In this document: piece by piece, positions 1 through 8,915 of the stretch
Position numbering within the stretch: the first letter of the stretch is position 1
Layout: each line of letters starts with the position of its first letter
Assembly (NCBI GenBank): GCA_028281825.1
Contig: JANQJC010000100.1
Location: forward strand, 9,854 to 73,853
DNA length: 64,000 nt
Direction: 5' to 3'
Source of the DNA: Flavobacteriales bacterium
GTDB taxonomy: Bacteria > Bacteroidota > Bacteroidia > JANQJC01
Translations under genes and position numbers: made by a program
The notes under the pieces: generated by a model
Databases searched by the model: none
Told to the model about the DNA's origin: nothing
The model's input: only the letters and a program-made list of their open reading frames with translations

Positions 1-31
1 GTGCACTCGAAACCGAAGAAGAAAACGAATA

Positions 32-613
32 ATGGGTAGCAGGATATACTTGGTTTTGATGGTAGTATTGGTAGCCCTGGTTGCCTGTGAAGAAGAAGTA
101 TACACCCCTAAACCCAAGGCTTTTTTCAGGATTGATTTGCCAGAAAAGAACTACGAAAGAGTTGATTTTGACACCCCATATACCTTTGAGTTACCATCAT
201 GTGTAACCTGGGAGCCTGATAAAGACGCCAATGCCGAAGCTCATTGGATTAATGTGGACTACCCTCAGTTTAGAGGTAGGATACATTTTAGCTACAAGCC
301 TGTGAACAATAACCTGGCTGAATATTTATCTGATGCCCGTAAGCTCACCACCAAACACATCCCCAAGGCGGATATGATAGAGGAGATAGTGGTTTATGCT
401 CCTGAGCGTGAAGTGTATGGTTTGGTATATGATGTGGAAGGTATCGGGGCAGCGTCTACCATGCAGTTTTTTGTGACTGATAGCACCAAACATTTTCTTC
501 GCGGCGCGTTGTATTTCAATGTAGTTCCTAATAACGACTCACTGGCTCCTGTGATTAATTACATCAAGGAAGATATCAGCAATATCATTGGTACCCTTGA
601 ATGGGAAGGATAA
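32..613 (+). CDS. Lipoprotein of unknown function (signal peptide with lipobox LVAC; possibly GldH-like gliding lipoprotein, speculative)
   Basis: N-terminus MGSRIYLVLMVVLVALVAC has the hydrophobic core and Cys of a lipoprotein signal. It is the only long ORF in this region. The GldH assignment rests only on size and lipoprotein character. Confidence 0.5.
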   Translation: MGSRIYLVLMVVLVALVACEEEVYTPKPKAFFRIDLPEKNYERVDFDTPYTFELPSCVTWEPDKDANAEAHWINVDYPQFRGRIHFSYKPVNNNLAEYLSDARKLTTKHIPKADMIEEIVVYAPEREVYGLVYDVEGIGAASTMQFFVTDSTKHFLRGALYFNVVPNNDSLAPVINYIKEDISNIIGTLEWEG

Positions 614-663
614 AAAAGCCCCAACAATTTGCTGAGGCTTTAGGTATATAATGCAATTAGGTT

Positions 664-2889
664 TTAGTTACCGAAGTCAGACAAGAACTGGATTTTTACC
701 AACCTGATTTCTTCTTCACTATAATCATCTTCACCCAATTCCTCCAGGGCAGCTTCTACTGAAGGTGATTCAGACTCACGGAAATATTCAATAATCTCAT
801 CCTGCTTGTCTTCATCTATCACTTCTTCAATAAAGTACTTGATGTTCAGTTTAGTGCCTGAGGTAACAATTCGTTCCATTTCTATTAAGAGGTCATAGAA
901 ATCAATTCCCTTGCTATCAGCAATATCTTCAAGGTCACGCTGGCGGTCAACGTTTTGTATGATGTAAACCTTCAGCCCTGATTTATTCACAACTGATTTC
1001 ACCACCATGTCAACTGGCCTTTCAATCTCGTTTTCTTCAACGTATTCCTTGATAAGGTCAATGAATGGCTTGCCAAATTTTAGCGCCTTGCCATGACCCA
1101 CACCAGTGATTTGGGTCAACTCATCCATTTTTATTGGGTAGTTGATGGCCATTTCCTCCAATGAGGGGTCTTGGAAAATAACGTAGGGCGGTAAATTTTG
1201 CTGTTTAGCAATTTTCTTTCTCAGGTCTTTTAGCATCTTAAAAAGAGCTTCATCGGCACCCCCGCCACCTCCTGACTTTTGAGGACCTTCAATGTCTTCG
1301 TTGTCGTCCTGCTGTTTGTCGTAGTCATGATCTTTGGTAAGCATAAATGAATAAGGCTTTTCAATAAACTCTCTTCCTTTTTTGTCTAATTTAAGTAAAC
1401 CATAATTCTCAATATCCTTGTATAAAAACTTAGCCAATAGGGCTTGCCTAACAACTGCATTCCAAAACTTCTCATCCCTCTCATCTCCCTTTCCAAACAC
1501 ATCAAGTGTATCATGCTTGTATGATTTTACTGCATTTGTCAGACTTCCGGTAAGCACATTTACTACATGCTTAGCCTTAAACTTTTCTTTAACAGCTTCT
1601 ACCGCCTTCAATAAAAGGACCATCTCGTCCTTCCCTTCAAACTTCTCCTTGGGGTGCACACAATTATCACACATCTTGCTCTCGCGGCACTTCTCATCAT
1701 CATATTGTTCGCCAAAATAATGAAGGATGAATTTCCTTCGGCAAGCAGATGTTTCTGCGTATGAAACCGTTTCTAAAAGTAGTTGCTTTCCTATTTCCTG
1801 CTCCGAAATAGGTTTGCCTTTCATAAATTTTTCAAGCTTTTGGATGTCATCGTAGCTGTAGTAGCATATACAGCGGCCTTCACCACCATCACGGCCGGCT
1901 CTTCCAGTTTCCTGATAGTAGCTTTCCAGGCTTTTTGGAATATCATGGTGAACCACAAATCTAACATCGGGTTTGTCAATACCCATTCCAAAGGCAATGG
2001 TTGCAACAATCACATCCACTTCTTCCATCAAAAATTTGTCCTGATGCGAAGAACGCACTGGAGCATCCAACCCAGCATGGTAAGGCAGTGCTTTGATGCC
2101 GTTTACTACCAGGGTTTCGGCTAGTTCTTCCACCTTTTTCCTGCTCAGGCAATACACAATACCTGATTTGCCAGGATGCTGCTTGATGAAACGAATAATA
2201 TCTTTGATTACATCTTTGGTCTTGGGCCTTACTTCATAATAGAGGTTAGCCCTGTTAAAAGATGATTTAAAAACCACAGCATCATTCATGCCCAGGTTCT
2301 TCTGTATGTCCTGCTGCACTTTTTCAGTAGCAGTGGCAGTCAATGCAATAATAGGCACATTACCCAATGTATCTATAATTGGCCTTAACCTGCGGTACTC
2401 AGGTCTAAAATCATGGCCCCATTCTGATATACAGTGTGCTTCATCAATGGCTACAAATGAAATGTTCACCTCTCTTAGGAAATCGGCGTTATCCTGCTTT
2501 GCTAATGACTCAGGGGCTACATAGAGCATTTTAGTGCGGCCCTCAGTAATGTCTTTCTTTACCTTAGTTATTTCAGTCTTGCTTAATGATGAATTCATGA
2601 AATGGGCTATACCATCATCAGTGCCAAAACTCCTGATAGAGTCTACCTGATTTTTCATCAAAGCAATAAGTGGTGATATAATAATAGCGGTTCCCTCAGA
2701 AATAAGGGCAGGCAGTTGGTAGCACAATGATTTGCCACCGCCAGTAGGCATTATCACAAAAGTGTGCCTGCCAGAAAGCACATTATTAATAATGGCTTCC
2801 TGCTCTCCCTTAAAGCCTTTGAACCCAAAATGTTTTTCGAGCTGCTCGCTTAATGAAGTCTCTACCTCCAACATCTTTTCCTCGCTCAT
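664..2889 (-). CDS. recQ: ATP-dependent DNA helicase RecQ
   Basis: Walker A motif MPTGGGKSLCYQLPA and DEAH box VAIDEAHCISEWGHDFRPEY are present. The C-terminal region resembles RQC/HRDC, and the 741 aa length is typical. Confidence 0.9.
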   Translation of the reverse strand: MSEEKMLEVETSLSEQLEKHFGFKGFKGEQEAIINNVLSGRHTFVIMPTGGGKSLCYQLPALISEGTAIIISPLIALMKNQVDSIRSFGTDDGIAHFMNSSLSKTEITKVKKDITEGRTKMLYVAPESLAKQDNADFLREVNISFVAIDEAHCISEWGHDFRPEYRRLRPIIDTLGNVPIIALTATATEKVQQDIQKNLGMNDAVVFKSSFNRANLYYEVRPKTKDVIKDIIRFIKQHPGKSGIVYCLSRKKVEELAETLVVNGIKALPYHAGLDAPVRSSHQDKFLMEEVDVIVATIAFGMGIDKPDVRFVVHHDIPKSLESYYQETGRAGRDGGEGRCICYYSYDDIQKLEKFMKGKPISEQEIGKQLLLETVSYAETSACRRKFILHYFGEQYDDEKCRESKMCDNCVHPKEKFEGKDEMVLLLKAVEAVKEKFKAKHVVNVLTGSLTNAVKSYKHDTLDVFGKGDERDEKFWNAVVRQALLAKFLYKDIENYGLLKLDKKGREFIEKPYSFMLTKDHDYDKQQDDNEDIEGPQKSGGGGGADEALFKMLKDLRKKIAKQQNLPPYVIFQDPSLEEMAINYPIKMDELTQITGVGHGKALKFGKPFIDLIKEYVEENEIERPVDMVVKSVVNKSGLKVYIIQNVDRQRDLEDIADSKGIDFYDLLIEMERIVTSGTKLNIKYFIEEVIDEDKQDEIIEYFRESESPSVEAALEELGEDDYSEEEIRLVKIQFLSDFGN

Positions 2890-3127
2890 TTACAGAATTT
2901 TACGTCTCTCTTAGTTTTGGTGAATTAAATATACATTTTTGGAAACAAAATAATCCAAAAAAGAAAATTATTTTTTCACAAAAAAACCTTTCAAAAAGAG
3001 GCCATTTTCAAATAGTGTGCAAAACTCGGAAATTTGAACCTATTTATCCACCCTTCGTACAAGCAGAATCAAAAAATTCGACTAACAGTAAAATAGATTA
3101 GTTGATTAGCGTAAATATGGCCTATAA

Positions 3128-3174
3128 CCACAACAAACAAGGTACTAGAAATACAATGTTTTGTTTGTTGATGG
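3128..3174. promoter_or_regulatory. Imperfect 13 bp inverted repeat / hairpin (CCACAACAAACAA ... TTGTTTGTTGATGG) in the recQ-GT2 divergent intergenic region
   Basis: Read directly from the sequence: arm 3128-3140 and arm 3161-3174 are reverse complements with one bulged base, with a ~20 nt loop. It lies 45-90 nt upstream of the GT2 start. Both flanking genes diverge, so it is not a terminator. Confidence 0.3.
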
Positions 3175-3198
3175 CTGAAAAATACGGCAACAACTCAA

Positions 3199-3206
3199 TA
3201 TCTTTG
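3199..3206 (+). promoter_or_regulatory. Candidate Bacteroidetes sigma-A -7 element (TATCTTTG, consensus TAnnTTTG) for the GT2 operon
   Basis: The motif matches TAnnTTTG and sits 11 nt upstream of the ATG at 3217. This implies a very short leader. Confidence 0.25.
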
Positions 3207-3216
3207 TGAGTGAAGA

Positions 3217-3942
3217 ATGAGCAAGCGACTAAAAATAGCAGTTGTAATACCAGCTTATAACGAGGAAGAATCTATTTCTTCAGTTGTTGAGCAGGTGAAT
3301 GCCTTAAATACTGGGGAAGGAGCCCGCTACTATGCGGTTGTTATCAACGATTGCTCAAAGGATAGCACAGGAGAAATAATTGACCAGCTTGATTGCCTGC
3401 CGGTTCACCTATCTGTTAATCTCGGTATTGGCGGTGCTGTGCAAACCGGCTGGCGCTTTGCGTTCGACAACAACTTTGATTATGCTATACAGATAGATGG
3501 GGATGGGCAGCATCCACCAAGTGAAATACCCAAGATGCTGCAAGAAATGAAACTACAAGGTTGGGACGTGGCTATAGGCAGCAGGTTTATTACTAAAGAA
3601 GGCTTTCAATCCACGTTCACCCGTAGGATGGGCATTAACCATTTCAGGGTGTTAAATAGGATGCTGGTTGGGGTGGATATAGCTGATAGCACCTCTGGAA
3701 TGAGAATGCTCAATCGCAATGCATTGGCTGTGGTGAGTGAGTATTATCCTGATGAATACCCAGAGCCTGAAGCGATAGTACTGTACGCTACTAAGAAACT
3801 TAAAATAGGTGAAATTCCGGTACACATGAATGAGCGACAAGGTGGGGTGTCTTCAATTAGTAGCTTTGGGGCTGTTTATTACATGTTTAAGGTGACATTA
3901 GCAGTATTATTCACATATTTGAGGTTAAAGAACTCCAAGTAA
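3217..3942 (+). CDS. Family 2 glycosyltransferase, DPM1/ArnC/GtrB-like polyprenyl-phosphate sugar synthase
   Basis: The N-terminus KIAVVIPAYNEEESI, the DxD-type acidic motifs (VINDCSKD, IDGDGQ), the C-terminal membrane anchor and the ~240 aa size fit a GT2 polyprenyl-P sugar transferase. Confidence 0.8.
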   Translation: MSKRLKIAVVIPAYNEEESISSVVEQVNALNTGEGARYYAVVINDCSKDSTGEIIDQLDCLPVHLSVNLGIGGAVQTGWRFAFDNNFDYAIQIDGDGQHPPSEIPKMLQEMKLQGWDVAIGSRFITKEGFQSTFTRRMGINHFRVLNRMLVGVDIADSTSGMRMLNRNALAVVSEYYPDEYPEPEAIVLYATKKLKIGEIPVHMNERQGGVSSISSFGAVYYMFKVTLAVLFTYLRLKNSK

Positions 3943-3943
3943 T

Positions 3944-4300
3944 ATGCCACGGATACAGATAATTACCATTATAGTGAGCCTGCTATTGCTGGCTTTTATA
4001 GCTCGCCTTATCATTAAGGGGAAGTTGCGCGAAGAGTATGCCATTGTTTGGATACTATGCACCTTGCTGTTGGTGGTATTCTCTTTTTGGCGAGAGGGCT
4101 TGGATGTATTAGGTCGTATCATGCAAGTGTATGACCCACCCAACCTGGTATTTACGGGAGCTATAGCAGCCGTACTTATATACTTATTGCATCTCTCGGT
4201 GGTTGTATCCAAACTGCAAGAGCAAAACAAGAGGCTTACCCAGGAGCTGGCCAATATGAAGGCAGAGCAAAAACTTAAAGAGAAGGAAGATGCTGAATGA
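3944..4300 (+). CDS. Small two-TM membrane protein, DUF2304-like (commonly coupled to GT2 polyprenyl-P glycosyltransferases)
   Basis: It has two hydrophobic helices and a charged coiled C-terminus. It starts 1 nt after the GT2 stop. The family assignment is from memory. Confidence 0.55.
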   Translation: MPRIQIITIIVSLLLLAFIARLIIKGKLREEYAIVWILCTLLLVVFSFWREGLDVLGRIMQVYDPPNLVFTGAIAAVLIYLLHLSVVVSKLQEQNKRLTQELANMKAEQKLKEKEDAE

Positions 4301-4688
4301 GCAGGACTTCAACCCTGAGGTCTTTTTCAAATATATATCCAGGCAAGGCCCCGATGAAAAATCTATGCGTTTGTATAAAGAGGCATTGAAGATGCATGCA
4401 TTGCCCTTGGGCAAAAAAGAAGAAAAGCTTTTTCGTCTTTCGGTTAAATATCCCTTTCTCATTCCCTTTTTTGATGGCGGCCTGGCACTTATTGAGCCAC
4501 ACTCACCATACAGGCAAAGGTTATACATAGTTTTAATCATATTGGAGACAAGGCCTGGGTTTTTCTCATTATTGTCTTCATCATCTGATATGAATAGCCC
4601 CAAGATTAGTTTTTTCAAAGCATTTTGGGTGGGTGCCCGTTCAGCCATTCGCGGAATTATAGGCATAATACTGGTAAAGCTACTATGA
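4290..4688 (+). CDS. Hypothetical protein (132 aa) embedded in the glycan-modification operon
   Basis: Its start overlaps the previous stop, and its stop overlaps the next gene start (ATGA at 4685-4688). This operon-style packing favours it over the Cys-rich antisense ORF 4184-4867. Confidence 0.4.
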   Translation: MLNEQDFNPEVFFKYISRQGPDEKSMRLYKEALKMHALPLGKKEEKLFRLSVKYPFLIPFFDGGLALIEPHSPYRQRLYIVLIILETRPGFFSLLSSSSDMNSPKISFFKAFWVGARSAIRGIIGIILVKLL

Positions 4689-6298
4689 GCACCCATCCTA
4701 CATATATTGTAGTGGGCTCGGGTTGCACAGGGGCACAAGCAGCACAAACCTTGGTAGAAGCAGGAGTAGATGTGCTCATGCTGGATGCAGGCAATGCCGA
4801 TAACACCTACAAAAGCTTGATACCTGATAAGAATTTTGTTGATATCAGGGCTAAAGATGAAAGTCAAACCGACTACTTGTTAGGCAAAGAATTTGAAAGT
4901 ATCTCATGGGGCGATATTGGTGGTGGGGCACAATTGACTCCACCCCGCAAATTCATGGTAAGGGATGTAAACCGCTTTTTGGATGTGCTCTCAAAGTCGT
5001 TTTTCCCGGTGGAAAGTTTGGCTTATGGTGGTTTGGGTAATGGTTGGGGCTTGGGTTGTACAGTCTTTTCTGGTTCAGAGTTGGAACAAGCTGGGTTGAA
5101 CCCGAGCAAAATGAAGGATGCCTATCAAGTGGTTTCAGATAGGATAGGGATATCTGGTGGTAATGACGATATCACCCCCTACACAACAGCTCACCTGCAG
5201 GGTATTATGCCACCCGCTGTTGTAGATAGAAACCAGGAAACCTTGAGGCAGAAATACCAAAAACGCAAGCACTGGTTTAAGAGCAATGGATTCGCTTTAG
5301 GCAGAACTTCATTGGCACTCATTACCGAAGATAAGGGCCATCGCAAGGCATACGAAACTTATGACTTGGACTTTTATGCGGATAAAGGTTTGAGTGCATA
5401 CCGCCCATGGATAACGGTGGATGGATTGAAGAACAAGCCCAACTTCACTTACAAGGGTGGGGTGGTTGTAAAGAGCTTTAAGGAGATGGGGAATGGTGAA
5501 GTAGTAGTTACAGCATGGAATAAAGATACGGGCGAAAAAGAAAAATTCATAGCGAAGAAACTGGTGCTAACTCCAGGTCCATTGGGTACTGCACGCATCG
5601 TGCTACGCTCATTAGGGCAAGGGAATGAGAAGTTGCCTATCCTTAGTAATCCATACGGGTATTTCCCATGCATCAATTTCTCACAGTTAGGGAAAAAGAT
5701 AGAGAAGAACATCACTGGCTTTGCACAATTATCACTCTTTCATGATGAAGGAATGAATGGTGATGATATTGCGATGGCTTCCTTATATAGCTATCGTTCA
5801 TTGATGCTTTTTAGGATTATTAAAGAAGCCCCCATAGCATTTCAGGATGGGATACAACTCATGAACTTCCTGATGCCTGCCTTTGTGATTATGGGATTGC
5901 ACCATCCTGAGAAGAGCGGACCAAATAAGTATCTGGCACTTGAGAAAGATAACAGCAAGATTACAGGTGATGTGATGACAGCAAAATACTTGTTGAGCGA
6001 CATAGAACAGCATAAAATAGACAGGCGAAATAAGCTTTTTATGAAAGCCATGAGAAAATTGGGGGCTTTTCCTGTGAGGATGATAGACCCGGGCATGGGT
6101 AGCAGCATCCACTATGCAGGTGTTTTACCATTTGATGACAGCGGAAAATCTTTCACTTTATCTAGTGATGGTAAACTAAATGGTACCCAAAACGTTTATG
6201 TAGCTGATGGTTCAGGTTTTAAATTTTTGCCAGCGAAAGGCCTAACATTAAGCCTCATGGCAAATGCACATATCACGGCACAAAATTCATTGAAGTAA
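4685..6298 (+). CDS. FAD-dependent oxidoreductase, GMC family-like (true start at M21 of the listed ORF, nt 4685)
   Basis: N-terminal Rossmann motif IVVGSGCTGAQAA is present. The C-terminal GMC signature HYAGVLPFDD...NVYVADGSGF...P.KG.T resembles the HxxGT...NLYVxDAS active-site region. Confidence 0.7.
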   Translation: MSTHPTYIVVGSGCTGAQAAQTLVEAGVDVLMLDAGNADNTYKSLIPDKNFVDIRAKDESQTDYLLGKEFESISWGDIGGGAQLTPPRKFMVRDVNRFLDVLSKSFFPVESLAYGGLGNGWGLGCTVFSGSELEQAGLNPSKMKDAYQVVSDRIGISGGNDDITPYTTAHLQGIMPPAVVDRNQETLRQKYQKRKHWFKSNGFALGRTSLALITEDKGHRKAYETYDLDFYADKGLSAYRPWITVDGLKNKPNFTYKGGVVVKSFKEMGNGEVVVTAWNKDTGEKEKFIAKKLVLTPGPLGTARIVLRSLGQGNEKLPILSNPYGYFPCINFSQLGKKIEKNITGFAQLSLFHDEGMNGDDIAMASLYSYRSLMLFRIIKEAPIAFQDGIQLMNFLMPAFVIMGLHHPEKSGPNKYLALEKDNSKITGDVMTAKYLLSDIEQHKIDRRNKLFMKAMRKLGAFPVRMIDPGMGSSIHYAGVLPFDDSGKSFTLSSDGKLNGTQNVYVADGSGFKFLPAKGLTLSLMANAHITAQNSLK

Positions 6299-6302
6299 GC
6301 AA

Positions 6303-7151
6303 TTGGAACGGGACAAACATATCATTATCTCTGGTGCGTCTGGGTTTATAGGGACATACCTCTTGGGCTATTTTAATGCCAAGGGGTATAAGGTTACAGG
6401 CTTGGTGAGAAAAGAACCTATTAGCATTGCTGGAGTTAGCTATAAAATTGCAGACCTTCAAACCCCTCCTGATGTATCCATTTTTGAAGGCGGGGACATA
6501 TTCATTCATTGTGCTTATGTGAAGGGACAGGAAGAGTTAAACATTAAAGGAACTATGCAATACCTGGAGACAGCGCGGCAAGCGGGTGTGAAGAAAAGCA
6601 TTTTTATCAGCAGCATGTCAGCTCACGATGAAGCACTCTCAGCTTATGGCAAGCAAAAGTTTCAGCTAGAAAAAGAGTTTACAGGTAATGATGCTGTGGT
6701 AAGGCCTGGGCTGGTGATTGGCGAAGGTGGTTTGTTCTTCGAAACTGTTAATCATATCAAAACCAAAGGATTTGTGCCGCTTATCGCAGGTGGCAGGCAA
6801 CCTTTGTATACCACCTATATCGAAGATTTGGCCAATGCACTCAATATCATTATTGAAAAAGACTTAAATGGGGCTTATTACGTTTCCGAGCCTGAAGCAA
6901 TAGTTTACAAAGAGCTTTATACTTATCTGGCTAAAAAACTGAATAGAAAAATAAGAATGCTACCTATCTCTTATGGCTTGCTTAATGCCTTTTTCAGAAC
7001 CATGGAAAGATTGGGCGTAAAATTGGGGGTAGGCAGAGAAAACCTTTTAGGGCTCAAAGCTGCCAGGCGATTTGATATACTGCCTGACTTGGATAAACTG
7101 GGTATCCAACCACTAAGCTATCGTGAGAGTGTGAATAGGGTTTTAGGTTAA
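6303..7151 (+). CDS. NAD(P)-dependent epimerase/dehydratase (SDR family)
   Basis: GASGFIGTYLL glycine-rich NAD-binding motif. It follows the oxidoreductase by 5 nt. Confidence 0.7.
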   Translation: MERDKHIIISGASGFIGTYLLGYFNAKGYKVTGLVRKEPISIAGVSYKIADLQTPPDVSIFEGGDIFIHCAYVKGQEELNIKGTMQYLETARQAGVKKSIFISSMSAHDEALSAYGKQKFQLEKEFTGNDAVVRPGLVIGEGGLFFETVNHIKTKGFVPLIAGGRQPLYTTYIEDLANALNIIIEKDLNGAYYVSEPEAIVYKELYTYLAKKLNRKIRMLPISYGLLNAFFRTMERLGVKLGVGRENLLGLKAARRFDILPDLDKLGIQPLSYRESVNRVLG

Positions 7152-7154
7152 TGC

Positions 7155-8915
7155 TTACTTCAACTCCTCCAAACTGGCTTCATCACCTGGTTTGGCTACT
7201 ACGTAATTACCGATAATCAGGTAATCCATATCTGCCCTTTCAAAACTGTGAATGGCATCATAAGGATTGCATACAATCGGCTCCCCTTTGATGTTGAATG
7301 AGGTGTTTACCAGTATAGAATAACCTGTTTCTTTCTTGAAGGTTTCCAACAATTCCCGCATTTGTGGGTTTTCGGTTTTGTTCACTGTTTGTATCCTTAC
7401 TGAATTATCCACGTGGGTAATGGCAGGCAGTTTGCCTAAGTATTTCTCATTGATATTATATACAAACAACATATATGGATTAGGGAAGTCACTGTCGAAA
7501 TACTCCCCACAATCTTCTTCCAAAAGAATAGCGGCAAACGGGCGGAAACCCTCTCGGAATTTAACCCTTGAATTCAATACTTCTTTCATTTCAGGCACTA
7601 AGGGAGAACCGATGATACTCCTGTTGCCCAATGCCCTTGGGCCAAACTCCATCTTGCCTTGAAACCATCCCAATATCTTGCCTTCTGCCAGCTTGCGAGC
7701 AGCAAATTCAGCGTATTTTTTCTCTGTTTTTACGTAAGGCAAGTCAAATTCTTTCAAGGTCTTGGCATAATCTTCGTCAGTGTATCCAGGCCCTAAAAAG
7801 GCAGTGTCCATCACATATTTACGTGGTCGGTCTAATATCATGTGATTGAGCAATAAGGCACTACCCATACTGGTACCTGAGTCGCCAGCGGCAGGTTGAA
7901 TGAAAATATTTTTGAAAAGCCCTTCTTTAGCAATCAATCCATTGGTAACACTGTTGAGCCCAACGCCACCAGCAATACATAGGTTTTCCGAACCCGTGAC
8001 CTTTTTCAGGTGGCGAACCATATGTAGGATAACGTCTTCAACTATGTGTTGGGCAGCAGCAGCTACATTCAGTTCTTTATCCGTCCAGTCTTTCCCCTCA
8101 GTTTTCGAAGGGCCGAACAAGTCTGCGAATTTCTTACTCACACCACTTTTGCGGGTATAGTGATAAGAGAAGTAACTCATATCAAACTTGAAACCCCCAT
8201 CTTTTGTGAAGGTGAAAAGTTTCTTCATCTTCTGGTATTCCTCGCTATCATGGTCGCCGTATGAGGCCAACCCCATTAGCTTACCTGGGCCAGAAATCAA
8301 TTTAAAACCCAAATGTCTTGAAACGGCTTGATAGAAAGCACCTAACGAGTAGGGCGTATCTACAGTAGAAATCTTTTTAATCTTGTTGCCTTGCCCGTGT
8401 GCCAGCATAGATGTTGTCCATTCACCTGCGCCATCAATAGTCAGTATTGCTGCATCCTCATAGGGGGTGGGGTAGTAAGCACTGGCTGCATGACAAAAGT
8501 GGTGTTCCATCAAATGGAACTTGAACTTAGGTTCTTTGCCTTCAGGAAAAAGGCTTTTTAATGTTTGGGGCAGCTTCTTCATATCGCCCAAATAGTTGAG
8601 CATGCCCAGATTCTCTTCTACCGAGAAATTCCTTTGTTCCATCATCAAGCTGGGTATCCTGTACCAATACTTGAAAAGAAAAACAGGCACCTTGCTGTAA
8701 GAAATAGAAGGTTTCCAGAAGAAAGTAACGTGGTCAATATCGCTTAGCTTTAGCCCAGCATGGTCAAGGCAGGCGCGTATGGCATGCTCTGGAACACCGC
8801 CATAATGCTTTTTCCTGTTCATGCGCTCTTCTTCAGCGGCAAAAACTACTTCATCATCTATCACAAGGCATGCCGCCGAGTCGTGTCCATAGCAATTAAA
8901 TCCTAGTATCTTCAT
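7155..8915 (-). CDS. O-carbamoyltransferase, NodU/CmcH (HypF-like) family
   Basis: The N-terminus MKILGFNCYGHDSAACLVIDDEVVFAAEEERMNRKKHYGG is the hallmark of this family. The ~590 aa length is typical. Confidence 0.8.
   Translation of the reverse strand: MKILGFNCYGHDSAACLVIDDEVVFAAEEERMNRKKHYGGVPEHAIRACLDHAGLKLSDIDHVTFFWKPSISYSKVPVFLFKYWYRIPSLMMEQRNFSVEENLGMLNYLGDMKKLPQTLKSLFPEGKEPKFKFHLMEHHFCHAASAYYPTPYEDAAILTIDGAGEWTTSMLAHGQGNKIKKISTVDTPYSLGAFYQAVSRHLGFKLISGPGKLMGLASYGDHDSEEYQKMKKLFTFTKDGGFKFDMSYFSYHYTRKSGVSKKFADLFGPSKTEGKDWTDKELNVAAAAQHIVEDVILHMVRHLKKVTGSENLCIAGGVGLNSVTNGLIAKEGLFKNIFIQPAAGDSGTSMGSALLLNHMILDRPRKYVMDTAFLGPGYTDEDYAKTLKEFDLPYVKTEKKYAEFAARKLAEGKILGWFQGKMEFGPRALGNRSIIGSPLVPEMKEVLNSRVKFREGFRPFAAILLEEDCGEYFDSDFPNPYMLFVYNINEKYLGKLPAITHVDNSVRIQTVNKTENPQMRELLETFKKETGYSILVNTSFNIKGEPIVCNPYDAIHSFERADMDYLIIGNYVVAKPGDEASLEELK

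Noticed and set aside
1418-2524. Plus-strand ORFs 1418-1720, 1783-2124, 2288-2524 and minus ORF 1821-2009
   Set aside because: They lie entirely inside and antisense to, or out of frame with, the well-supported recQ gene. Their translations are low-complexity with no motifs.
2732-3101. ORFs 2732-2914 and 2853-3101
   Set aside because: The first overlaps the recQ 5' end in antisense. The second lies in the A/T-rich divergent promoter region and translates to lysine-rich low-complexity sequence.
4184-4867. 227 aa minus-strand ORF
   Set aside because: It is Cys-rich junk and overlaps three tightly packed plus-strand genes, including the Rossmann motif of the oxidoreductase. The plus-strand 4290-4688 ORF with operon-style overlaps is preferred.
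7336-8264. Several plus-strand ORFs (7336-7662, 7631-7849, 7900-8160, 8046-8264)
   Set aside because: They are antisense to the carbamoyltransferase gene, which has a strong family signature.
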